The notes: generated from the letters alone by a model not told the origin. Shown: positions 49,401 through 59,424, numbered from the stretch's first letter. The stretch: 64,000 bases of DNA from an uncultured cyanobacterium (GCA_963749915.1 CAVVOP010000032.1:64001-128000), one strand, 5' to 3'. Numbers and translations: made by a program.

Positions 49401-51763
49401 TAAGAAATTGGGGAAAACTTGCCCTTATTTATCAGAAACAAGGAGAATGGCAAAAAGCCGCCGAGGCATGGTTACAAATTGGTGAAAAAAAATCCGCCGC
49501 TAAATGTTACTCTCAGGGAAAGTTATGGAATTTAGCCGAAAATTTATGGCGGGAATTGGAAAATTGGCAAGAAGTCGCTTTTTGTTGTTATCACCAGAAG
49601 GATTATCAATCTGCCGCTAATCTCTGGCAAAAATTACAACGGTTTTCCGAAGCCGGAAAGGCATGGCAACAATTAGAAGAATATTCTCAAGCGGCTTGGT
49701 GTTATGAAAAAGTCAAGGCATGGAAAGAAGCAGAATTTTGTTGGCGTCAACTCGAGGACTGGGAAAAAGTAGCCACAGTTTGTCAAAAACAACATCATTG
49801 GCAAAAGTCAGCGGATATTTGGTTACAGTTAGGGGAGTTATCTCAGGCTTCCCTTGATTATGAGTTGGCTAAAAATTGGCCAAAAGCTGAAGACTGTTGG
49901 CGACAACTGCAACAATGGGTTAACGTAGCGGTGATGTGTGAAAGACAGGAAAAATGGTTAGAAGCGGCACAAACATGGCAAAAAGTTAAACCAGAGGAAA
50001 AAGCCGCCTTTTGTTATGAAAAAGTAGAGGCATGGCAATCAGCAGAAGAATGTTGGCGTAAACTAGAAAATTGGCAAAAAGTCGCTATTCTTTGCGAAAA
50101 ACAAGAAAAATGGCAAGATTCCGCTACTATCTGGCAACAATTAGCAAAATGGAAAAAAGCCGCTACCTCGTGGGAAAAAATTAATCACCTAGACTCGGCG
50201 GGTATTTGTTATGAAAATGCAGAAAATTGGCAAAAGGCCGAAGAGTGTTGGCTTAAACTTGAAAATTGGCCGAAATTAGCAGAAATTTACGAAAAACAAC
50301 ATAAGTGGCAATCTGCCTCCGAGTTATGGGAAAAACAACAGGGGTGGGAAAAAGCCGCTGCTTCTTGGTTAAAAATAGAGGAAATCGAAAAAGCCGGTAA
50401 TTGTTACGAAAAAGGAGAAAATTGGCCAAAAGCAGAAGAATGTTGGCGTCAACTGCAAAATTGGCAAAAAGTCGCCATAGTTTGTGAAAAACAACAGGCA
50501 TGGGAAAAAGCCGCCACTTCTTGGTTAAACATAGAGGAAACCGAAAAAGCTGGTAATTGTTACGAAAAAGAAGAAAATTGGCCAAAAGCAGAAGAATGTT
50601 GGCTTAAACTTGAAAATTGGCCAAAAGTGGCCATCACTTGTGAAAAACAACAGAAGTGGGAAAAAGCCGCTACTTCTTGGCTAAAAATAGGGGAAATCGA
50701 AAAAGCAGGTAATTGTTATGAAAAAGGAGAAAATTGGCCAAAAGTCGAAGAATGTTGGCGTCAACTGCAAAATTGGCAAAAAGTCGCCATCACTTGTGAA
50801 AAACAACGGGCATGGGAAAAGGCCGCCGAGGCATGGTTGGCAGTGGATAACATGGAAAATGCCGCTAGATGTTATGCAGTTATGGAAAACTGGGGAAAAG
50901 CAGAATCTTGTTGGTTAGTTATCGGTAATTGGGAAAAAGCCGCTGTGATGGCTGAAAAACAATCCAAGTGGGAAACCGCCGCCGATATTTGGCAAACACA
51001 ACAACAGTGGGGAAAAGCTGCCTCTGCATGGTTACAAATTTCTCAATTAGCCAAGGCCGCTGTTTGCTATCAACAAGGAGAATTTTGGGATTTAGCACAA
51101 AACCTCTGGCGTCAACTCGAAGACTGGGAAAAAGTCGCCTTCACCTGTGAAAAACAAAACCAGTGGGATCAAGCCGCTTTTGCCTACATTCTTGCCAATA
51201 ACTATAAATTAGGGGCAGAAATTTATGAAAAGATTCAACAATACTCTGAAGCCGAAAACTGTTGGCGACAACTAGAGAATTGGCAACAAGTCGCTCTGGT
51301 TTGTGAAAAACAATCTAAATGGCAATGTGCAGGAGAAGCATGGGAACTGATTTCTGAGTGGGAAAAAGCCGCTTTAGCCTATCAAAATGCCCAATTATGG
51401 CAGAAAAACGCTGATTGTTGGCAAAATTTATCTCGGTACGATATGGTAGCGATGGCCTATCAACAACAAAAACAATGGCAAAAAGCAGCAGAAACATGGT
51501 TACAAAGCGATGTTGAAGACAAAATTATCAAAGCCGCCCTTTGTTATGAACAAGGACGATACTGGCAATTAGCGGAAGAATGTTGGCGTCAAATAACTCA
51601 ATGGGAAAAAGTCGCCTATACTTGTGAACAACAGGGAGAAGGGAAATGGGATTTAGCTGTAGAAGCGTGGAACTTGGCAGGAAATAAACTCAAAGCCGCC
51701 AATTTACTCAGAAAAATGGGCAAATGGAAACAGGCAGCCTTAATGTTAGCTAATCGAATTTAA
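46466..51763 (+). CDS. 1765-aa degenerate UvrD/SF1 helicase-like protein with long Trp-rich TPR-like repeat tail
   Basis: LQGFNNTGKTT, YQQWL...WDEID, DGLKFDEIILWNFF; ~1100 aa of WxKAAxCW repeats. Confidence 0.75.
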   Translation: MNNKYSLIISNGLRKKINLLNSSNQEIILTNLESIIHHHLLTSEVKKREQGKVIYRLNYNYKLEIFITNIPVNKENRVKILNIFDKNKLKRVIVFKEGISAKVVDIDININREDNSISSQIINNFKSKENLKIQSEDFESNFNDFFYYTLQDLKISHINDHKCLISLEEINNIKQPLPLLLQGFNNTGKTTVSLIKAIQTSKRNQEEKILYLSDSLSNKHHTKYLFQELSKGEKVDNLIIDEYISFCCKFAQDNHILPSNSFLRSQEINYDKFKHKFLNNQEIEELESWYLWQEIYYLIKGNSICPKNDYNLISVEDYQQQTQKYSFLPQDVNPKQIYQLAVQYQQWLTKNNYWDEIDLSNYILQHLSEPFIGIYSQVYCDNVHKLNDIALKLIITLTKKDPDKNLAPNFCFTYDSEKSIYDSETFINKIEKFVSPQENELTINQGKLTFNLIANEDLINFSQGLLNLESTKKSPSKDILKNNRILQENSNCLWIIAPESKLLSLGKNFALDKCIVVTNNQEKEKLLTIFKTSQEVSCSRILTINEIDGLKFDEIILWNFFSYFNKIKYNSLTTDLLKKYLYLCLGCVKEKIYCYESNFNLGDNYPNLEGYLTKGNTENLEDFFTISLEDNVENIAQVYHHQGAWKQAYECYWQIKKYKNAKLIQPYIAENEGNWGKAGDLWNILGKWQQAVNCWQEIDENLWLKKWENLTPLQWQEKGRYFQKNHHYNLAIICFEKANDSENYLRCLKLSQQWEKTGDEYKKQGNEEEAKKCYLTAEKVYRQRSDLSRCALMWEKQEAWEKTALIREEENQWEKAALQWEKIEKWEKAAICYQKNSQWEKAEICWRKLKDWHKIALCCEAQEKWQESAKIWEKLQQWQKAAENYLKIPQLRQAAESYQRGMYWQEAENCWRKLNHQPNIALCCESQHKWQSAAQIWQQLENWQKAGYAWEMVKDPKKAGLCYEKAQLWSNAETCWLKLRNWGKLALIYQKQGEWQKAAEAWLQIGEKKSAAKCYSQGKLWNLAENLWRELENWQEVAFCCYHQKDYQSAANLWQKLQRFSEAGKAWQQLEEYSQAAWCYEKVKAWKEAEFCWRQLEDWEKVATVCQKQHHWQKSADIWLQLGELSQASLDYELAKNWPKAEDCWRQLQQWVNVAVMCERQEKWLEAAQTWQKVKPEEKAAFCYEKVEAWQSAEECWRKLENWQKVAILCEKQEKWQDSATIWQQLAKWKKAATSWEKINHLDSAGICYENAENWQKAEECWLKLENWPKLAEIYEKQHKWQSASELWEKQQGWEKAAASWLKIEEIEKAGNCYEKGENWPKAEECWRQLQNWQKVAIVCEKQQAWEKAATSWLNIEETEKAGNCYEKEENWPKAEECWLKLENWPKVAITCEKQQKWEKAATSWLKIGEIEKAGNCYEKGENWPKVEECWRQLQNWQKVAITCEKQRAWEKAAEAWLAVDNMENAARCYAVMENWGKAESCWLVIGNWEKAAVMAEKQSKWETAADIWQTQQQWGKAASAWLQISQLAKAAVCYQQGEFWDLAQNLWRQLEDWEKVAFTCEKQNQWDQAAFAYILANNYKLGAEIYEKIQQYSEAENCWRQLENWQQVALVCEKQSKWQCAGEAWELISEWEKAALAYQNAQLWQKNADCWQNLSRYDMVAMAYQQQKQWQKAAETWLQSDVEDKIIKAALCYEQGRYWQLAEECWRQITQWEKVAYTCEQQGEGKWDLAVEAWNLAGNKLKAANLLRKMGKWKQAALMLANRI

Positions 51764-51857
51764 TCTCAGAAATGAGTATGGGTTTACCTTGACTTTCGTC
51801 AGGGATTCTTGGCAACAGGATTCTTTTTTTTGTTATAATCTGAAATGCTTGTTATCT

Positions 51858-51942
51858 GGAGAGGTGGCAGAGTGGTCGATCGCGCTCGACTTGAAATCGA
51901 GTGACTAGGAATAGTCCGTGGGTTCAAATCCCACCCTCTCCG
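51858..51942 (+). tRNA. tRNA-Ser(UGA)
   Basis: GGAGAGG/CCTCTCC acceptor stem, anticodon arm CTCGA-CTTGAAA-TCGAG, long variable arm, GGTTCAAATCC T-loop. Confidence 0.97.
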
Positions 51943-51971
51943 TACTCTAATGAAGACTCAAGAAAATCTTT

Positions 51972-53471
51972 TTATTTTGATTCATGAAAAGTTTGTATAT
52001 TACCGTTGGGACTTAAAATTAGTCTTATGGTGACTTGATCGACATCGGTAAATGGAGATGTAACTTTTTCCCCTAATAACGGCATTTTTGTACGATCAAG
52101 AAAAATAATTGCTACTTGTCCTATAGGAGTAATTTTAGTTACAGAACCATTCTGATTAAAATTTAGGCGATATTCAATACTTTGTTTGAGGTTTTCTGGT
52201 GGTTGCCACTTATTTTGAAAATATTGTTTCACTTCACCAGAAACGACTTCGGCGGATTTTGTCTCATTAGAAGATGAGTTTAATCTGCTTATCTGTTCCC
52301 TAAAATCAGGCATATTTTCAATAACAGAGGGAGAAATACTGTTTAAAGTATTAATACCAGGTTGAGTCACATTGGAGATATTCTTTGACGGCCTAGGTAA
52401 GGGATTTTGCAGTTTCTCGGAATTACTAGATTGTAATACAGGTAAACTCGAAAGATATGAGGGATATTCGGGGGTTGACGTTCCTGGAGATTGACCAGCT
52501 TGAAAAGAAGGTGTTGCAACAGGGATAGATGGTTTAAGACTAATGATATTTGCGGGATTTGTATCTTCTATCACCACTGGCGGTGGTGGTAAATTGGATA
52601 TGGGTGGTGCTAGGGGTGGTGGTGCAATGATAACTTCCGTCCTTTGACTCTTTCCTTTATTATTATTGACCATATCGTTATTTGCTGTATTTGTTTCCCC
52701 AACTTGTGGTGGTGGGGTAATGGTGGGAGGTGGTGAGAGAGGATTTCTGTTTTTGAGATTTTCTGGCACTTCTGGGGTGATAATCGGCGGTAAGGTTTTA
52801 GGATCCAATGATGAAGGTGGAATTACAGGCTCTATATTAGGTTTAATGGCTTCTTGGTTCAATTCCTCTCCAGTGGGATTGCTGACAGTTTGTTGTTCAT
52901 AACGCCACAAAATACTGCCGCCGATTAAACAGACTAAAGCAGTTATGGTTATCGTTAACCCTAAGTTACTAGAAATAGAATCATCTGGATCTACAGTGAC
53001 TTTTATGGCATCTAAATGATAAGCCCATAAAGCGTTAACAAAATCTAATAATTGAGTGTTCGTTAAAATTACTTCCACAATCTCCCCTTTCGGGAAAAAA
53101 GAATGAAAAAAAAGGCGATGACGATAAGCTGAATCCCTGGTTATGGAGATAAATTCTTCTTGATTTTCTGACGGTAACTCACAGGCTAAACATTCATCCA
53201 AAATACTATTAATTTGTAAATAGTTATTCAGATACTCATCTACTTTTTCTCTTAATTTTTCTAGTAAATTGCGATCGCCAACAATACTACTCCTATCATC
53301 TTGAGGTAAACGAGGATCATCAAAATGTAACTGGAAACTAAAATGTTGCGGAAAGGGTTTCGAACCGAAATTACCCCAAAAGGAATGAGGGTGGTAGATT
53401 TCTAAAGTACAAGTAGGAGGAGTATAACGTCGAAATGAACTAGAAGTATTAATTACCATACTGGATGTCAA
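51972..53471 (-). CDS. DUF4335-family membrane protein
   Basis: RRYTPPTCTLEI, FQLHFDDPRLP, one transmembrane segment, Pro-rich linker, WQPPENLKQSIEYRL. Confidence 0.82.
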   Translation of the reverse strand: MTSSMVINTSSSFRRYTPPTCTLEIYHPHSFWGNFGSKPFPQHFSFQLHFDDPRLPQDDRSSIVGDRNLLEKLREKVDEYLNNYLQINSILDECLACELPSENQEEFISITRDSAYRHRLFFHSFFPKGEIVEVILTNTQLLDFVNALWAYHLDAIKVTVDPDDSISSNLGLTITITALVCLIGGSILWRYEQQTVSNPTGEELNQEAIKPNIEPVIPPSSLDPKTLPPIITPEVPENLKNRNPLSPPPTITPPPQVGETNTANNDMVNNNKGKSQRTEVIIAPPPLAPPISNLPPPPVVIEDTNPANIISLKPSIPVATPSFQAGQSPGTSTPEYPSYLSSLPVLQSSNSEKLQNPLPRPSKNISNVTQPGINTLNSISPSVIENMPDFREQISRLNSSSNETKSAEVVSGEVKQYFQNKWQPPENLKQSIEYRLNFNQNGSVTKITPIGQVAIIFLDRTKMPLLGEKVTSPFTDVDQVTIRLILSPNGNIQTFHESK

Positions 53472-53640
53472 AATACCGTTTCTAAGTTTAAAAATTATAG
53501 ATTATTTTCAAATAATAAAGCATAAACATTCATTATTGCACGGGAATTTCAAATATTGACCGATCATCTCGCTGCATTTTTTGTGATAATTCCTTAATAT
53601 TAGTATAGAAAACTTAATACTTTAAGAGGGATAAAGCAAA

Positions 53641-53937
53641 ATGCCGACAATCACGTTTATCAATGAAAATCAGGACGTTGTCGCCGCAGATGGTGCAAAT
53701 TTGAGAGAAAAAGCCTTACAAAATGGCATAGATATTTATAAACTTCGGGGTAAACTCATGAATTGTGGCGGTTATGGGCAATGTGCGACTTGTATTGTGG
53801 AAATTGTCTCTGGCATGGAAAACTTATCCCCTAAAACTGACTTTGAAGAACGAAAATTACGCAAAAAACCCAAAAATTATCGTTTAGCCTGTCAAACCCT
53901 CACTAATGGTGACGTCACCGTTAAAACTAAACCTTGA
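53641..53937 (+). CDS. 2Fe-2S ferredoxin
   Basis: [11 protein letters not shown] ... RLACQ. Confidence 0.93.
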   Translation: MPTITFINENQDVVAADGANLREKALQNGIDIYKLRGKLMNCGGYGQCATCIVEIVSGMENLSPKTDFEERKLRKKPKNYRLACQTLTNGDVTVKTKP

Positions 53938-53979
53938 CACTCCCACCGACATAATCAAAGATTATGTCGGTGGATTCTT
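53934..53979 (-). mobile_element. 46-bp IS200/IS605 end-like palindromic mini-element
   Basis: Minus strand AAGAATCCACCGACATAATC-TTT-GATTATGTCGGTGGGAGTGTCAA; perfect 14-bp stem. Confidence 0.7.
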
Positions 53980-54130
53980 ACCTCATCGTGTCATTGCCAG
54001 TGCCACCCACGATCAAGTTATTACCGAGGCCACCCCTTAGGAGATCATTGCCAGCTTGCCCATAAAGGACATCATTGCCATTCCCTCCAAAAAGCACATC
54101 ATTACCGGCTTCACCGTAGAGACGATCATT
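53978..54130 (-). pseudogene. RTX/hemolysin-type Ca-binding repeat gene fragment
   Basis: [50 protein letters not shown]; in-frame stop immediately upstream, no start codon. Confidence 0.75.
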
Positions 54131-54538
54131 TTATATTTTCCAAAGAACCCCAAATTTACAGTCATTTTATTTACAATCATTAAGGATAGTTAAATTTTGT
54201 TAAAGTTTGGAAAAGTTAAACCTGAGTTTGTTTATTATAATTATATGCTTTAGAAAAATATCTAGTTAAGATTTATTGCCAGAAAAATTTATCAACAATC
54301 ACAGACAAAATAAAAAAGAAAAACGGTTAAAAAGATTACTCAATTTGTCAGAATAAAAAAAACAAAATATTACTACGGTTAACTATATCTTCCAGCATAT
54401 TTCTACATTTAACTACGTTTTTTGGTCTGTATTAGTCGGTTAATTATTCAGTCTTCTTTATATTTTGATCAGTTAAATCTGTTAAAATTGAGTATGTTTT
54501 CAGTTGCTATCCATCAAGACTACTTGTTTACGTTTTAA

Positions 54539-54610
54539 TAGATCTCTCCAAAAACCCTTATTTTTTGGGTGATGTAATAAGGCTTTTAGCATAATTGTGG
54601 GAGATGTCTA
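54539..54610. mobile_element. short degenerate MITE
   Basis: TAGATCTCTCC ... GGAGATGTCTA imperfect terminal inverted repeat; solo GGAGATGTCTA also at ~12742. Confidence 0.5.
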
Positions 54611-54722
54611 ATATACAAAATCGCAATAATTGACTATTGCTCATCGACTACATCATGGGTGGGTGGTGGCTTGGATCCGAAGTTTTATTCATAAAAATTG
54701 ATACCTTTAAGGAGTTAAACCA

Positions 54723-56435
54723 ATGGCTATATCCTCTTTACCTTTTCCCGAAATGGCTGAACAAAAATCCCATATATCTCATCTTATTGATAAACGTTTG
54801 ATGACCCAGGAAACATCCCTTCCCCATGATACGAGTAATTATCCCCCTCATCTCTCTCTTTATGGTTTGGATAAGTTAGGGATTAAAAATCCTACTCATG
54901 TTTACCGTAATTTGTCCGTGCCTAAATTAATTGAACATTCTTTGGCTAAAGGAGAGGGAATTCTAGCTGACAATGGAGCTTTATGTGTGAAAACGGGGAA
55001 ATATACAGGGCGATCGCCTAAAGATAAGTTTATTGTAGATGAACCAACCTCAAGGGAAGAAATTCACTGGAATGAGTTAAATGTGGCGATTTCCGAGGAA
55101 AATTTTAATTTGTTATACCGCAGAGTTATTTCTTATTGTCAAAAACGAGATCTCTATATTTTTGACGGTTATGTAGGTGCAGATCCCCGTTATCGCATGA
55201 GTGTGAGAATCATTAACGAGTTGGCATGGCAGAATTTATTTGCACATCAGATGTTTATTCGTCCTACCTCAGAAGAATTAGCCACTCACCAAGCAGATTT
55301 TACTGTAATTTGTGTTCCCGGATTACATAGTGATCCTGACTTTGATGACGGTGTTAACTCGGAAGCATTTATCGTAGCGAACTTTGCCAAAAAATTAATT
55401 ATCATCGGCGGCTCAAAATATGCCGGAGAAGCGAAAAAAGCGGTTTTTTCTTTGATGAATTATTTTATGACCTTAAAAGATGTTCTACCGATGCACTGTT
55501 CTGCTAATATTGGTCACGACGGGAATACAGCCCTCTTTTTTGGTTTGTCGGGTACTGGTAAGACTACTCTTAGTGCTGACCCTCAAAGATTTTTAATCGG
55601 TGATGATGAGCATGGTTGGTCTCAAGATGGTATCTTTAATTTTGAAGGAGGTTGCTATGCAAAAACTATCAGTCTATCCTATGACAATGAGCCTCAAATT
55701 TGGTCTGCGATTCGTTTTGGTGCCATCGCCGAAAATGTAGTCTTAGACCCCTTTAATCGTCATCCTGACTATGATGATGCCCGTTGGACAGAAAACACCA
55801 GAGTCGCCTATCCCATTAGTCATATCCCTGACTGTGTTATCCCCGGTATAGGGGGTCATCCAAAAACCGTAATTTTCCTCACCGCCGATGCTTTTGGAGT
55901 GCTACCGCCTATCTCCCTCTTAACCAAAGAACAAGCCATGTACCATTTTATGTCAGGTTACACCAGTAAGGTAGCGGGGACGGAAAGAGGCATAACTGAA
56001 CCACAAGCCACATTTTCAGCCTGTTTTGGTAAACCCTTCTTACCTCTGTCGGCGGTAGTCTATGGCAAGATGTTAGGGGAAAGACTGGAAAAATATAATT
56101 CTAAAGTATATCTCATTAACACAGGATGGACTGGGGGAAGTTATGGTGTCGGTAGTCGTATCTCCATCAAAGATACACGGGCAATGGTTTCCGCCGCCTT
56201 AAACGGTGATTTAGATAATGTCAAATTCTCTCCTCATCCTATTTTTAAGGTATTAGTGCCTGAAAGTGTCCCTAACGTCTCCCCTAATATTTTAAACCCG
56301 GAACATACATGGAGTAATCCAAATGCTTACTATAAGCAAGCCAATAAATTAGCACAATTATTCCAAGAAAACTTCTGTCGATACCACATCCAAGACGAGG
56401 AGATGTTAAAAGCACAACCGCAACCGATAAATTAA
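54723..56435 (+). CDS. pckA: phosphoenolpyruvate carboxykinase (ATP)
   Basis: TGRSPKDK, MHCSAN, GLSGTGKTTLS, LIGDDEHGW, FEGGCYAK. Confidence 0.97.
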   Translation: MAISSLPFPEMAEQKSHISHLIDKRLMTQETSLPHDTSNYPPHLSLYGLDKLGIKNPTHVYRNLSVPKLIEHSLAKGEGILADNGALCVKTGKYTGRSPKDKFIVDEPTSREEIHWNELNVAISEENFNLLYRRVISYCQKRDLYIFDGYVGADPRYRMSVRIINELAWQNLFAHQMFIRPTSEELATHQADFTVICVPGLHSDPDFDDGVNSEAFIVANFAKKLIIIGGSKYAGEAKKAVFSLMNYFMTLKDVLPMHCSANIGHDGNTALFFGLSGTGKTTLSADPQRFLIGDDEHGWSQDGIFNFEGGCYAKTISLSYDNEPQIWSAIRFGAIAENVVLDPFNRHPDYDDARWTENTRVAYPISHIPDCVIPGIGGHPKTVIFLTADAFGVLPPISLLTKEQAMYHFMSGYTSKVAGTERGITEPQATFSACFGKPFLPLSAVVYGKMLGERLEKYNSKVYLINTGWTGGSYGVGSRISIKDTRAMVSAALNGDLDNVKFSPHPIFKVLVPESVPNVSPNILNPEHTWSNPNAYYKQANKLAQLFQENFCRYHIQDEEMLKAQPQPIN

Positions 56436-56583
56436 TTCTTCGTGTTGGCATTGCTTGCTTTTCCCATGGGCAATTAACGCTCTTTCTTCTGGAACTTTCG
56501 GAAAACTTTTGCTAAATCTAGATTCTGCAACCTTTATTTTATCAGTGCTGCCGTAGGCAATCGCTCTGCGAGACCGCTTTCTG

Positions 56584-57792
56584 TTAGTTAGCGATCCCGC
56601 AATAGTTCAAGGTTTTATTACTTACCCTCGGAAGACGCCCCTTGAAACGGCATAATATTTCCCATGAAATTGTCCCAATCGCATTCGCCCAATCATCAGC
56701 AGTAATTTCCAAATCTTCTTCTCGACCTAATAAAGTTACAATTTCTCCTACTTCTAAGTCAGGAAAATCTGTGATATTTAACATTAATTGATCCATGGTA
56801 ATATTACCAATTTGAGGTGCAAATCTACCCTGAATTATTACCTTCATTTTATTTGATAATAAACGAGGAATCCCGTCAGCGTAACCAATTCCCACTACGG
56901 CCATCTTGATAGGGCGATCGCATTTAAAGGTATGACTATAGCTGACACCTGTATGAGGCGGTAAAGTTTTAATTTGCGTAATACGAGCTTTAACTTCTAA
57001 TGCTGGTTGTAGTTTAACCTTATCTTTTAAGTGAGGTGCAGGATAAATACCATATAAACTTAAACCGACTCTTACCATATCATAATGTAAATTGCGATCC
57101 CTTAAAGTACCGGCAGAATTGGCTAAATGTAAACGAGGGATATTGATACCACTGGCTTTTAATGCCGAAATCGCCTCTTCAAAACGAGAATGTTGTACTT
57201 TCATCATAGTTGAGTCAACATCATCGGCAGTGGCTAAATGGGAATAAATACTCGATAGATGTAACTGAGGGAATTGTTGGATATATTCAACGAAATCTAC
57301 CGCAAGATGCCAATGAGTACCAAGTCTTGACATTCCCGTGTCTAACTTGAGATGTACGGGTAAAGTTGCCTTAAGACACTCTAAAGTTTCCGCAAAAATC
57401 AAAGCCTGTGAAGGGGTGCATAAAGTGGGCTCTAAGTCATATTTTACAATGTCTTTGACCTCATCTGCCGTGTTAATCGCTCCTAAAATGAGTATTGGTG
57501 CTGTAATACCTGCTTCCCTTAACTCCATGCCTTCAGATAAGGTAGCAATGGCTAAAGAATCCACCCCTGATTGCAAGATAGTTTCGGCTACTTTTACCGC
57601 ACCATGACCATAAGCATCGGCTTTGATGACTGCCATTAACTGAGTGTGAGGGTTTAAAAATTTCTTGAGTTCTTGTACATTGTTAGTCAAGGCTTGATGG
57701 TTAATATTAATCCATGCCCTTTGTTGTTGATATTGATGTTCAGAATAAGAATGATTCACGGTGACAATTGTCATTGAGTGCTTAAATATCAA
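56584..57792 (-). CDS. alr: alanine racemase
   Basis: AVIKADAYGHG, DTGMSRLG, SHLA, GVSYS, GYADG; true start may lie downstream of the called TTG. Confidence 0.96.
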   Translation of the reverse strand: MIFKHSMTIVTVNHSYSEHQYQQQRAWININHQALTNNVQELKKFLNPHTQLMAVIKADAYGHGAVKVAETILQSGVDSLAIATLSEGMELREAGITAPILILGAINTADEVKDIVKYDLEPTLCTPSQALIFAETLECLKATLPVHLKLDTGMSRLGTHWHLAVDFVEYIQQFPQLHLSSIYSHLATADDVDSTMMKVQHSRFEEAISALKASGINIPRLHLANSAGTLRDRNLHYDMVRVGLSLYGIYPAPHLKDKVKLQPALEVKARITQIKTLPPHTGVSYSHTFKCDRPIKMAVVGIGYADGIPRLLSNKMKVIIQGRFAPQIGNITMDQLMLNITDFPDLEVGEIVTLLGREEDLEITADDWANAIGTISWEILCRFKGRLPRVSNKTLNYCGIAN

Positions 57793-57848
57793 ATTAATAT
57801 TTATGTTAAGGTAACAGGTAAGTTTTTCGAGACAAAATTTTAATATTT

Positions 57849-58415
57849 ATGATTGCCGGTAACCCTATTAAAAAAAAGTTAAGTTTAGAGGATTTTCTGA
57901 AGTTCCCTGATACTAAACCCGCATCAGAATTTATTAACGGTGAAATTATACAAAAACCGATGCCTCAAGGAAAACATAGTTTAATACAAGGAGAATTAAG
58001 CTCTTTTATTAATCAGATTGCTCGAAAAGACAAAATTGCCTATGCTTTACCTGAAATTCGTTGCATAGTTAATAACCGTGTCATTGTGCCTGATATTGGG
58101 GTTTTCCTATGGAAAAACTTACCGAAAACAGACACTGGAGAAATTGCTAATAAATTTACTATTACCCCTGATTGGATTATCGAAATTTTATCACCTGAGC
58201 AATCAACAAATAAAGTTATTGACAAAATATTATTCTGTTTAAATCATGGCTCAAAATTAGGTTGGTTAATCGATTGTGACGATCAATCTGTGATGATTTT
58301 ACAACCTAATCAATTACCAGAAATTAAATCTCAAGAAGAAATTTTAACGACATTAGATATATTTCTAAACTGGCAATTAACAGCAAAAATGATGTTTGAT
58401 TGGCTCAAAATTTAG
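57849..58415 (+). CDS. Uma2-family PD-(D/E)xK endonuclease
   Basis: KPASEF, MPQGKHS, VPD, PDWIIEILSP, GWLID. Confidence 0.92.
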   Translation: MIAGNPIKKKLSLEDFLKFPDTKPASEFINGEIIQKPMPQGKHSLIQGELSSFINQIARKDKIAYALPEIRCIVNNRVIVPDIGVFLWKNLPKTDTGEIANKFTITPDWIIEILSPEQSTNKVIDKILFCLNHGSKLGWLIDCDDQSVMILQPNQLPEIKSQEEILTTLDIFLNWQLTAKMMFDWLKI

Positions 58416-58487
58416 TTTTTCAATTATTTTCCTAATAAAATACTCAAAGAGAAACAAGAAAAATTTCTCACTCTCTGAGCATTTATT

Positions 58488-59366
58488 TTAAAATTGTACT
58501 ACTTTATATACTGTTGAACCGTTTTGGTAGAAAGTTTCATAATAAATACCTGCACAGTCATAGTATTGAACACCACCTTGTTGAACTACATTACATCCGT
58601 CGGGAAGATAGTTAACGACAACACCAACGGGAGGAGAAGTGATTATATAAGAGCCGTCGCTAGGTTGCATATAAACTCCATCAGAATATATATAAGAACT
58701 TGAACCAACGTAAACAGTATCGTAATAAGGTGGTGGTGTGGCAACAGTAGCTCCAAGTACAAGTCCTGCTGTTAATCCTGCTGCCGCAGCCCAAGCACCC
58801 CATCCCGGTGGTGCATAATAACCGCCACCATACCAACCGCCACCATTCCAATTATCATTAACAAAGTCTTGGCGGTTATTCTGACGATTACCAGCATTTT
58901 CCTGACGGTTATCTTGGCGATTACCGGTATTTTCTTGACGATTACTCTGATTAGTTTGACGGTTATCTTGACGATTAGTTTGAGCATCACTGCGGTTAGT
59001 TTGTCGATTACTTTGAGACTCGCTTCGATTAGTTTGACGAGCTCCTTGATTTTGTTGACGACTACCTTGAGCTTCGCTTCTAGTATTTTGGCGACTTCCT
59101 TGACGACTTTGAGATGAATTACTGAAATTACCTCGATTTTGTAAACTGGAACTACTACCTATTCGTTGAGATGCTCCACCACCTCTATTCGCAGATCTTG
59201 AACCACTAGATCTAGCACCGCCTGATCTTTGTACACTGCTAGTTCTAGCACCACCTCCTCTGCCGCCACCACCTCGCCCGGCATAGACAGCATCAGAAAA
59301 GATAATAAGAGTTGTTAACAAAAGGGTAAAGGTAAAAATAAAAGGTTTATGGGATAAATTTTTCAT
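58488..59366 (-). CDS. exported Gly/Arg/Gln/Asn-rich protein (DUF6515-like)
   Basis: Signal peptide, RGGGG start, RQxN repeats, Tyr-rich C-terminal domain (LPDGC...YYDC). Confidence 0.7.
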   Translation of the reverse strand: MKNLSHKPFIFTFTLLLTTLIIFSDAVYAGRGGGGRGGGARTSSVQRSGGARSSGSRSANRGGGASQRIGSSSSLQNRGNFSNSSQSRQGSRQNTRSEAQGSRQQNQGARQTNRSESQSNRQTNRSDAQTNRQDNRQTNQSNRQENTGNRQDNRQENAGNRQNNRQDFVNDNWNGGGWYGGGYYAPPGWGAWAAAAGLTAGLVLGATVATPPPYYDTVYVGSSSYIYSDGVYMQPSDGSYIITSPPVGVVVNYLPDGCNVVQQGGVQYYDCAGIYYETFYQNGSTVYKVVQF

Positions 59367-59424
59367 GGGATTAACTCCTTAACAATACTGATGTAAAAAT
59401 TATTTATTTTGAAATACAAGTTAT

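Noticed and set aside
51780..51960. tRNA-Ser as integration site of an island
   Set aside because: No integrase and no duplicated tRNA 3' end seen in the window
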